Part shown: positions 56,624-64,000 of the stretch, piece after piece | How positions within the stretch are numbered: position 1 is the stretch's first letter | Layout of the letters: each line of letters begins with the position of its first letter | Source of the DNA: Patescibacteria group bacterium | GTDB taxonomy: Bacteria > Patescibacteriota > Minisyncoccia > Phycocordibacterales > Phycocordibacteraceae | Assembly (NCBI GenBank): GCA_018969385.1 | Contig: JAGWYL010000001.1 | Span: 2,677-66,676, forward strand | Reading direction: 5' to 3' | DNA: 64,000 nt | Translations under genes and position numbers: made by a program | The notes under the pieces: generated by a model | What the model was told of the DNA's origin: nothing | Database searches by the model: none | What the model saw: only the letters and a program-made list of their open reading frames with translations

Positions 56624-56685
56624 TTTCAATGGTAAAACACTTCTCTCCAAAAGAAGAGTTCCAGGTTCGAGTCCTGGTGGACCCG
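56614..56685 (+). tRNA. tRNA-Trp (anticodon CCA), unusually low GC (~47%); CCA not encoded
   Basis: Hand-folded. Acceptor GGGUCUA/UGGACCC (one G-U pair), D stem GUUU/AAAC, anticodon stem CUUCU/AGAAG, loop CUCCAAA, T arm CCAGG-UUCGAGU-CCUGG. Confidence 0.8.
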
Positions 56686-56687
56686 CA

Positions 56688-57248
56688 ATGAAGCCCCCGA
56701 CCATTCGAGAAGCGCGGGCGGACGACCTTCCCGAGTATTCCGCACTCTTGCAGCGTACCTATGCTATGACGTATGCGAATGACGCGCTTGGCCTGCCGGC
56801 AGAGCTCTTCTCTCCGGAAATATTCGCTACGGCGGATACGCAAGCGTATCTGGCGCACAATCTCCGGAATACCGACGACCAGCGATGCTGGGTCGCCGAA
56901 TCCGACGGAAAGCTCGTCGGCGCAGTGACCATACGGCGGAAAGGCGTTCGTGAATGCGAATTGACCGGATTCTATGTCGCGCCCGAGCTGCAAGGGCATG
57001 GCATCGGGAAGATGCTCTGGACCGAAGCGCTCACGTTCGCTCGCGACAGCGATGTGACGCTCGACGTGTACGCACATAACGCGAAGGCCATCGAGCTGTA
57101 CAAGCGATGGGGATTCGTCGAGGATACCGCGCGGTCGATTCTTCCGCCATTGGCCGGAGTGGCCGGAGGGAGTGCAGGCGCAGTCCCTGTACATGCGCTA
57201 TCGCCCCGCATCATGAAGAAACCGCCCATCCGGGCGGTTTCTTCTTAG
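56688..57248 (+). CDS. GNAT family N-acetyltransferase
   Basis: Acetyl-CoA binding motif GFYVAPELQGHGIGKML. ATG lies 2 nt after the tRNA-Trp. Confidence 0.75.
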   Translation: MKPPTIREARADDLPEYSALLQRTYAMTYANDALGLPAELFSPEIFATADTQAYLAHNLRNTDDQRCWVAESDGKLVGAVTIRRKGVRECELTGFYVAPELQGHGIGKMLWTEALTFARDSDVTLDVYAHNAKAIELYKRWGFVEDTARSILPPLAGVAGGSAGAVPVHALSPRIMKKPPIRAVSS

Positions 57249-57400
57249 CGCTTCGCTTCCTTGTATTCGACTCGCGCGCGGAGCGTCGGGTCGAACTTGG
57301 TGAGGGAAATCTTCCGTTCCACCTTCTTCTTGTTCTTGCGGGTGTAGTAGACGTGATCGGACTTCGTCGACTTCAGCTTTATGAGGAAATCTTGAGACAT
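57245..57400 (-). CDS. rpmG: 50S ribosomal protein L33 (Cys-less form)
   Basis: Manual translation gives MSQDFLIKLKSTKSDHVYYTRKNKKKVERKISLTKFDPTLRARVEYKEAKR, 51 aa. This is below the ORF-track size cutoff. It contains a YxTxKNK-like motif. Confidence 0.7.
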   Translation of the reverse strand: MSQDFLIKLKSTKSDHVYYTRKNKKKVERKISLTKFDPTLRARVEYKEAKR

Positions 57401-57453
57401 AGTGGGTGCAATCTACCAGATGCCCGCGCGCTCCGCAAGGCGCGCGGGACAAG

Positions 57454-60123
57454 CTACGCCGCGGAGGCGAGCGACGCTTTCGGCGCGCGCTTCTTGATGT
57501 CGAACGCGGGTTCCCCGTTCTTCATAGTCACCGTCGCCATGCCGCCTTCCATGAGGCCCTGGGTCACCATGAGGGAGGCGAGCGGGGTCAGGATGCGGTC
57601 CTGGATGACGCGCCGGAGCGGGCGGGCGCCGTACTGGGTGCTGTAGCCCTTCTCCGCGAGCCATGCGCGCACTTCGGGCGTGACCACGAGCGCGATGCGC
57701 TTCTCGCCGAGCCGCTTCACCACTTCGTCTATCTGCTTCTCCACGATCTTCGCGAGAGCTTCCTTCGCGAGCACGTCGAAGATGATGATGTCGTCGAGAC
57801 GGTTCAGGAATTCCGGACGGAAATGCTCCTTGAGCGCGTTCAGCACGCGGTCCTTCACCTCCTCATACCGCGCGGCGTCGCTCGACGCGGCGTTAGCGAA
57901 GCCGATGTGCGCGAGGCGGTCGATGAATTCCGCGCCGACGTTCGACGTGAGCACGATGATGGTGTTCTTGAAATTCACCTTCCTCCCCTTCCCGTCCGTG
58001 AGGTGGCCGGAGTCGAGGACCTGGAGGAGGATGTTGAAGACCTCCGGGTGCGCCTTCTCTATCTCGTCGAAGAGCACGACGGCGTACGGGCGATGCCGGA
58101 TGCGCTCCGTGAGCGAGCCCGCTTCCTCGTAGCCGACATAGCCCGGCGGCGCGCCGATGAGCTTCGCCACGGAGTGCTTTTCCATGAACTCGCTCATGTC
58201 CACGCGCACGAGCGCGTCCGGATCGTTGAACATGAACTCCGCGAGCTTCCGGGAGAGCTCCGTCTTGCCGACGCCGGTGGGGCCGAGGAACATGAACGAG
58301 CCGATGGGGCGGTTCGGGTCCGAGATGCCGACGCGCGAACGCTTCACCGCGTCCGTGACCTTTCGCACCGCTTCGTCCTGCCCGATGACCGCGCCGCGAA
58401 GCGCCTCTTCCATGCGCGCGAGCTTCGCGGCCTCCTCTTCGAGCATCCGCGCGACGGGAATACCCGTCCAGCGCGCGACCACGCCTGCGATGTCGTGATC
58501 CGTCACCTCTTCGTTCAGGATGCGCCGCGACTTCTGCAGCGTCTTCAGTTTCCGCAGCTTCGTTTCGAGGTCCTTCTGGAGGCTCGGAATCTTCCCGTAC
58601 CGGATTTCCGCGGCGGTGCCGAGGTCCGCGGACGCCTCCGCGTTGTCCGCCTGCACCTTGAGCTCGTCGAGCTCCGTCTTCGCCTTGCGGATGCCGTCCA
58701 GGACTTCGCGCTCGTTCTTCCACTTGAGCTCGAGTTCCGAGGTCTTCTCGCGGAGGTTCGCGATTTCCGATTCTATCTTCTTCAGCCGTTCCTTTATCTC
58801 CTTCGTGGAACCGGCTTCCTCGTCTTTCCGGAGCGCCTGGCGCTCTATCTCGAGCCTGCGTATCTTCCGGTCCGTCTCCTCGAGCTCGGGCGGCTTGTTC
58901 TCAAGCGCAATGCGCAGTCCGGAAGCGGCCTCGTCGATGAGGTCGATAGCCTTGTCCGGAAGATAGCGGTCGCTGATGTAGCGCGACGAGAGCTCGACGG
59001 CGGAAACGATGGCCGAGTCCGTGATGCGCACGCCGTGGAAGAGCTCGTACTTGTCGCGCAGTCCGCGCAGGATGGCGACGGCGTCCTCGACGGACGGCTC
59101 CTGCACGAAGACCGGCTGGAAACGGCGCGTGAGCGCGGTGTCCTTCTCGATGTATTTCTGATATTCCTTCAAGGTCGTGGCGCCGATGACGCGTATCTCG
59201 CCGCGCGCGAGCGCGGGCTTCAGCATGTTCGAGGCGTCCATCGCGCCTTCCGCAGCGCCCGCGCCGACGAGCGTGTGCAGCTCGTCGACGAAAAGGATGA
59301 CCTTCCCTTCCGCGCGTTCCACCTCCTTCATGATGTTCTTCATGCGCTCTTCGAATTCGCCGCGATACTTCGTGCCCGCGATCATGAGCCCGAGGTCGAG
59401 CGACAGGAGCTCCTTGCCGCGGAGCGATTCGGGCACGTCGTTATTCGCCATGCGGCTCGCGAGCCCTTCGGCGATGGCGGTCTTTCCCACGCCCGCCTCG
59501 CCTATGAGGACCGGATTGTTCTTCGTGCGCCGCGCGAGTATCTGGATGACGCGGTTTATCTCGACATCGCGGCCGATGACCGGGTCGAGCTTGTTCTCCG
59601 ACGCGAGTCTCGTCAGGTTCCGCGTATATTTCGCGAGCGCGCGAAAGCGCTTCGGTTCCGCAGCCTGCCCTTCCTTCGTGCTCTTCAGCTCCTTAAGGAC
59701 GTTGCCGACGGTGTCCTTGTCTATGCGGAAACGCGAGATGACATCCGCCGCGGGGCCGGGATGCTCGAGGACCGCCACGAACAGATGCTCCGTGCCGACG
59801 AACGGGTCGTTCATGCGAGCGGCTATCTTTCCTGCCGCCTCAAGCGCCTGCGCGAGGTCCGGCGTGAGGTATATCTGATACGAAGGCGAGAGCACCGACG
59901 CGGTCTCCGGCGCTTCGAGCGTCTCGAGGAGCGTGTCCGTGAGCAGGAGCGTGTCGATGTCCATCCGGTCGAGGACGGAGAATACGAGGCTCTCTTCCTG
60001 GAGCACGAGCGCGGCGAGCAGGTGCAGAGGCGACACGTGATTCTGCCCGCGCTCGATGGCGAGCTCGTGCGCGCGGCGTATGGCTTCTTTCGCTTTGGTG
60101 GTGAAATTATTGAATGGCGGCAT
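57454..60123 (-). CDS. clpB: ATP-dependent chaperone ClpB
   Basis: 889 aa with two AAA+ modules (GEAGVGKT and GPTGVGKT) and a coiled-coil middle domain. Confidence 0.9.
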   Translation of the reverse strand: MPPFNNFTTKAKEAIRRAHELAIERGQNHVSPLHLLAALVLQEESLVFSVLDRMDIDTLLLTDTLLETLEAPETASVLSPSYQIYLTPDLAQALEAAGKIAARMNDPFVGTEHLFVAVLEHPGPAADVISRFRIDKDTVGNVLKELKSTKEGQAAEPKRFRALAKYTRNLTRLASENKLDPVIGRDVEINRVIQILARRTKNNPVLIGEAGVGKTAIAEGLASRMANNDVPESLRGKELLSLDLGLMIAGTKYRGEFEERMKNIMKEVERAEGKVILFVDELHTLVGAGAAEGAMDASNMLKPALARGEIRVIGATTLKEYQKYIEKDTALTRRFQPVFVQEPSVEDAVAILRGLRDKYELFHGVRITDSAIVSAVELSSRYISDRYLPDKAIDLIDEAASGLRIALENKPPELEETDRKIRRLEIERQALRKDEEAGSTKEIKERLKKIESEIANLREKTSELELKWKNEREVLDGIRKAKTELDELKVQADNAEASADLGTAAEIRYGKIPSLQKDLETKLRKLKTLQKSRRILNEEVTDHDIAGVVARWTGIPVARMLEEEAAKLARMEEALRGAVIGQDEAVRKVTDAVKRSRVGISDPNRPIGSFMFLGPTGVGKTELSRKLAEFMFNDPDALVRVDMSEFMEKHSVAKLIGAPPGYVGYEEAGSLTERIRHRPYAVVLFDEIEKAHPEVFNILLQVLDSGHLTDGKGRKVNFKNTIIVLTSNVGAEFIDRLAHIGFANAASSDAARYEEVKDRVLNALKEHFRPEFLNRLDDIIIFDVLAKEALAKIVEKQIDEVVKRLGEKRIALVVTPEVRAWLAEKGYSTQYGARPLRRVIQDRILTPLASLMVTQGLMEGGMATVTMKNGEPAFDIKKRAPKASLASAA

Positions 60124-60162
60124 ACCTATAGTATATACGCCCGAAGGGCGCCCTACGTTTCA

Positions 60163-60933
60163 TCACGAGCCCGCGGAAACGGCGCTCGGCGTCGAGGTCG
60201 CCGTGAGCGCGGCAAGGACGAGCGCGGCGCTCTCATACGAGCCGTCCCCGTTCGCGATGCCGATGATATTGCCGGAGAGGTCCACGGCGGCGGAGCCCTT
60301 CGGCGCGGGAGGAAGCGTCGTCATCACGACATCGCCGTCCACCTTGGAGACGATGCCGGTGAGCGCCGCGCCGTCCTTCGAGAGCGCGAGGACGGTCTCG
60401 CCGACCTTGAGCGTATCGGGGGCGACGAGCTGCGGCACGCCCGCCGCGGGAAGCGCGACCTTGTCCGCGAATCCGTACACGCTTACCGTATCGGTCGCGT
60501 GCGAAAGCGAAACGTCGTCGAACGAACCGTCCGAGAATCCGATGACCGCTTGCGCGGGGAGTGCCGCGCCGATGGTCGCGACCGCGCGGGATTTGGGGAG
60601 ATACACGCCTGTCGCGATGGCGGGACTCGTGGTGCCCGCCTTCGCGGAAAATACCGAGACGCTCCGGCTCTGGAGCGCCGCGAGCGCCGCGACGGTAAGG
60701 TCTTCCGTCGTCGGTTGCGCCTGCGCGGGCACTGCCTTCACCACCGCCGCGGCCTGCGCCGGCACGACCGTCTGCACCGTGTGCTCGACGATGCGGTTCA
60801 CGGTCTGGGTGACGACCGGCGGCACCTGGTCAAGGAGGGATACGGTCAGGATTCCCGTCGCGACGGAGGTCACGAAGTTCACGAGGAGCATGAGGAGGAG
60901 AAGCTGCGGCTTGGTGAGGTCTTCTATGTTCAT
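60163..60933 (-). CDS. Membrane-anchored trypsin-like (HtrA/S1C-like) domain protein with degenerate catalytic motifs
   Basis: N-terminal TM. Regions resemble HtrA (LPAAGVPQLVAPDTLKVGETVLAL, GIVSKV...DLSGNIIGI), but no canonical GNSGGP motif is present. Confidence 0.4.
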   Translation of the reverse strand: MNIEDLTKPQLLLLMLLVNFVTSVATGILTVSLLDQVPPVVTQTVNRIVEHTVQTVVPAQAAAVVKAVPAQAQPTTEDLTVAALAALQSRSVSVFSAKAGTTSPAIATGVYLPKSRAVATIGAALPAQAVIGFSDGSFDDVSLSHATDTVSVYGFADKVALPAAGVPQLVAPDTLKVGETVLALSKDGAALTGIVSKVDGDVVMTTLPPAPKGSAAVDLSGNIIGIANGDGSYESAALVLAALTATSTPSAVSAGS

Positions 60934-60954
60934 GGCAGTGCTCCTATGATGCGA

Positions 60955-62130
60955 TTACGAAGCCGCATTGTCAATGAATGCGAGCGAGCCGAGGAGCGTG
61001 CGGCCGAACGCGCGAAGAGCACGCTCCGACACGGCGCTTCCCCAGGAGACGCGGAGCGTCGATTTGGCCCGCTCCGGGTCGCCATAGAGCGCGAAGACCG
61101 CGCGCGAACCCTCCGCATCCGTCTCGCAGGCGCTCCGCGTCGAGACCGCGAAGCCCGCTTCGTCGAGGAGCGCGACAAGGTAGTCCGTATCCTTCCCGGG
61201 GAAGGACAGGTTGAGGATGTGCGGCGCTTGCCGCTTCCCTCCGTTCACGAGCGCACCCGGATAGCGCTCCGTGACGAAGGAGATGAGGCGCGCTCGCATG
61301 AGACTCGCGCGCGCGCGAAACGCATCGCGCTCCTCCCCCGCCTCACGAAGCGCCGCCGAGAACGCCGCTGCGAGCGCGGGCGACGGCGTGCCGGAACGCA
61401 GTTCGCGTTCCTGCCCCCCGCCGAACATGACGGGCGAAAGCGCCGTCGTGCGGTCGGCGACAAGGACGCCGATGCCGCGGACGCCGCCTATCTTCTGCGC
61501 GTCGAGCGAGAGGAGGTCTGCGCCGATGCGCGTCCGCGTGACGTCCTCGACAAGCGGCGCCTGCGCGGCGTCCGCGAGAAGGAGTATGCGCGGACCCGAA
61601 GGGCGCGCGGCATCAAGCGCGTGCCGCACCTCGCGCGTATTCCAGATGATGCCTGTCTCTCCGCAGACCGCGTCCATGGCGACGAGCGCGGTCTCCGGGC
61701 GCACCATGCGGGCGAGCGCCGCAAGGTCGACGGCGCCGGCGGCAAGCGGGAGCGGCTCCGCCATGACGCCTCGGCGCGCGAGCGCCGCGACGGTATGGAC
61801 GACCGACGCGTGCGCCGAGGGCGCGTAGAGAAGATGGATGCTCTCGTATGCGCGTCCCGCGGCGGCAAGCGCTTCCACATGTCCGATAAGCGCGATGTTA
61901 TTGCTCTCCGTCGCGCCGGACGTGAACACGAGAGCATCCGGCTTCACGGAAAGCTCGCGCGCGAGCGCCGTGCGGGCGTCTTCGAGAATCGCTTTCGCGG
62001 CGCGTCCCTCCGCGTGAGGCGAGGACGGATTGCCGAAGCGGCGGCTCGCGCGCTCATACGCCCCGCGCGCTGCGGCGCGCGTAGGCGCGGCTGCGGCGAA
62101 ATCGAGGTACGTCCGTCTCCCGTATGGCAT
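60955..62130 (-). CDS. Cysteine desulfurase (class V aminotransferase, NifS/IscS-like)
   Basis: PLP-lysine region SLDAQKIGG. ATG at 62130 (MPYGRRTYLDF). The track's extension was rejected. Confidence 0.8.
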   Translation of the reverse strand: MPYGRRTYLDFAAAAPTRAAARGAYERASRRFGNPSSPHAEGRAAKAILEDARTALARELSVKPDALVFTSGATESNNIALIGHVEALAAAGRAYESIHLLYAPSAHASVVHTVAALARRGVMAEPLPLAAGAVDLAALARMVRPETALVAMDAVCGETGIIWNTREVRHALDAARPSGPRILLLADAAQAPLVEDVTRTRIGADLLSLDAQKIGGVRGIGVLVADRTTALSPVMFGGGQERELRSGTPSPALAAAFSAALREAGEERDAFRARASLMRARLISFVTERYPGALVNGGKRQAPHILNLSFPGKDTDYLVALLDEAGFAVSTRSACETDAEGSRAVFALYGDPERAKSTLRVSWGSAVSERALRAFGRTLLGSLAFIDNAAS

Positions 62131-62221
62131 AGGACGATTGTACGTCACCCGATGCGCGGCGCGCCAGCGCGCGGACGCCACGCATTGCAAATGCTCGCTT
62201 TTTGTGGTGATATCGAACGAT

Positions 62222-63709
62222 ATGGCACGCGCACCACGCAGCCCCATCGTCGCCGTCATGGGTCATATCGACCACGGGAAGTCTTCCCTGCTCGATTACA
62301 TCCGGAAGACGAACGTCGTCGCGAGCGAAGCGGGCGGCATCACGCAGCACGTCTCGGCCTACGTCGCGCTTCACGAGCATGAGGGCGCGCCCCGGCGCAT
62401 CACCTTCCTCGACACGCCCGGCCACGAGGCGTTCCAGTCGCTTCGCGTGCGCGGCGCGGTCGTCGCGGACGTGGTGATACTCGTCGTCGCGGCGGACGAA
62501 GGCGTGAAGCCGCAGACGCTCGACGCGCTCTCCGCCATAAACGACGCGGGCGTCTCCATGGTGGTGGCGCTCACGAAGACGGATAAGCCCGGCGCGGACG
62601 TGGAGCGTGCGAAGAATTCTCTCCTTGAGCACGGCGTATACCTCGAAGGCCTCGGCGGCTCGATTCCCTTCGCCGCCGTCTCTTCAAAGACCGGCGAAGG
62701 CGTGCCCGAGCTGCTCGACCTCGTGCTCCTCACTGCCGACCTCGCGGAACTCACCGCGGACGCGGACGCTCCCGCGTCCGGATTCGTGCTCGAATCTTCG
62801 CAGGACCCGAAGCGCGGCCTTTCGGCGACGCTCATCGTGAAGGACGGGACGCTCAAGACCGGCACCGTCGTCGTCGCGGATGCGGCCATCGCTCCCGTGC
62901 GCTTCATCGAGGATTTCCTCGGCGCGCGCATCGCGAGCGCGGGTCCTTCGGAACCCGCCACCGTTTCCGGATTCTCGGAACTTCCTCCCGCCGGTTCCCT
63001 GTTCGCGGCCTACGCGAACAGGAAGGAGGCCGAAGTGAGGGTCCGGGAGTCGAAAGCGGGCGGTGCTTCCGTCCTACAGGCGAGCGCGAATGATGCGGAC
63101 GCGTCGGATGCGGGCGTGCTTCCGCTCGTCCTCAAGGCGGACGTGTCGGGCAGCATCGAAGCCATCAAGCATGAGCTCGCCAAGATTTCCCATCCGCGCG
63201 CGCACATCCGCATCCTTTCCGAAGGCATCGGCGCGGTCACGGAGGGAGACGTGAAGACCGCGGGAACGAGGGGCGTCATCGTCGCGTTCAATGCGAAGCC
63301 GGATGCGACCGCGCGCGACCTCGCGGAGCGCAGCGGCACGCCGATAGAATCCTTCGCCATCATCTACGACCTCGGCAAGCGCGTCGAAGAGCTCCTCAAG
63401 GAGCGCGCGCCGCACGTCACGGAAGAAGTGGAGTCCGGCAGTGCGAAGGTGCTCAAGATATTCAACGGGAACGCGCAGAAACAGGTGTTCGGCGCGCGCC
63501 TCGTCTCCGGCGCCTTCGCGCAGGGCGCGCAGGTAAAGTTCATCCGGAATGAGAGCGAGATCGGCCGCGGCAAGATATCGAACTTGCAGCAGGCGCGGGC
63601 GGACGTGAAGGAAATCAGGACCGAAGGCGAGTTCGGCATCGAGGTCGAGACGCGCGCTGCACCCGCTCCGGGCGATGCCGTCGTCGCGTTCAGGCGCGTC
63701 GAATCATGA
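62222..63709 (+). CDS. infB: Translation initiation factor IF-2 (short form lacking N-terminal domains)
   Basis: GHIDHGKSS and DTPGH motifs. ATG at 62222. 495 aa. Confidence 0.85.
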   Translation: MARAPRSPIVAVMGHIDHGKSSLLDYIRKTNVVASEAGGITQHVSAYVALHEHEGAPRRITFLDTPGHEAFQSLRVRGAVVADVVILVVAADEGVKPQTLDALSAINDAGVSMVVALTKTDKPGADVERAKNSLLEHGVYLEGLGGSIPFAAVSSKTGEGVPELLDLVLLTADLAELTADADAPASGFVLESSQDPKRGLSATLIVKDGTLKTGTVVVADAAIAPVRFIEDFLGARIASAGPSEPATVSGFSELPPAGSLFAAYANRKEAEVRVRESKAGGASVLQASANDADASDAGVLPLVLKADVSGSIEAIKHELAKISHPRAHIRILSEGIGAVTEGDVKTAGTRGVIVAFNAKPDATARDLAERSGTPIESFAIIYDLGKRVEELLKERAPHVTEEVESGSAKVLKIFNGNAQKQVFGARLVSGAFAQGAQVKFIRNESEIGRGKISNLQQARADVKEIRTEGEFGIEVETRAAPAPGDAVVAFRRVES

Positions 63710-64000
63710 GCAGGCACAACGACAAGGCCATGGAACTCATCCGCCATGTCGCGGCCGCGTACATCGCGCGCGAGGCGAACCGCGACGCGCTCATCACGCC
63801 GACGCGCGTCGCGCTTTCCGATGACGGCATGCGAGCCATGGTCTACGTGAGCGTCTTCCCCGACACGTCCCGCAGCGCGGCGCTTTCGTTCCTCTCGCGT
63901 CACACGCCCGATTTCCACGAATACCTCAAGAAGGAATCGCGCTTCGCGCGCCTCCCCTCCGTGCGTTTCGCATTCGACGAAGGCGAAGAGAACCGCCGCC
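63706..64000 (+). CDS. rbfA: Ribosome-binding factor A (3'-partial at window edge)
   Basis: ATGA overlap with the infB stop. RbfA-like N-terminus. Conserved infB-rbfA synteny. Confidence 0.65.
   Translation, partial: MSRHNDKAMELIRHVAAAYIAREANRDALITPTRVALSDDGMRAMVYVSVFPDTSRSAALSFLSRHTPDFHEYLKKESRFARLPSVRFAFDEGEENRR

Noticed and set aside
57406-62382. 1658-aa plus-strand ORF
   Set aside because: Antisense to clpB, the HtrA-like gene and the cysteine desulfurase gene. Arg/Asp/Glu-rich artefact.
1-64000. CRISPR arrays, rRNA genes, integrase or transposase genes
   Set aside because: No regularly spaced direct repeats, no rRNA-like conserved blocks, and no recombinase or transposase motifs were seen on either strand.

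Overview
High-GC (~65-67%) bacterial chromosomal segment with small, tightly packed genes. About 60 genes overlap at ATGA/stop-start junctions, and several core proteins are domain-reduced (IF-2 ~495 aa, RelA/SpoT homologue 532 aa, DnaX ~342 aa, Cys-less L33). This is consistent with a reduced-genome lineage such as the Candidate Phyla Radiation (inference). Core content: a complete de novo pyrimidine pathway split into two minus-strand operons (pyrC-pyrD-pyrE-pyrF-LOG-udk-pyrB and carA-carB-PRTase); guaA, def, typA, mltG, dnaX, dus, serS, dprA, topA, relA/spoT-like, parB, miaA, clpB, infB, rbfA, rpmG; a zur-zupT operon with a palindromic operator candidate; mgtA; and an undecaprenyl-phosphate-cycle-like cluster (PAP2, two DedA proteins, tandem duplicated GT2 genes sharing a 59-nt perfectly identical tract). 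Three tRNAs are present: Gln-UUG, Leu-CAA and Trp-CCA. Most notable accessory features: (i) a ~2-kb low-GC (~40%) island abutting the 3' end of tRNA-Gln, carrying a 3-gene cassette (SAM methyltransferase plus two unknown proteins), a repeated upstream motif and a partial copy of the tRNA 3' end; (ii) a secreted protein with a VirB2/TrbC-like pilin N-terminus fused to a cysteine-rich GH23 lysozyme-like domain; (iii) a large VirB4/TraG-like P-loop ATPase next to a >780-aa Ala-rich protein at the window start; (iv) LAGLIDADG-like coding remnants directly abutting tRNA-Leu and tRNA-Trp. Many long arginine-rich ORFs in the six-frame track are antisense artefacts of high GC and were rejected. The track reports GTG/TTG starts as M, so several starts were re-derived from the sequence.
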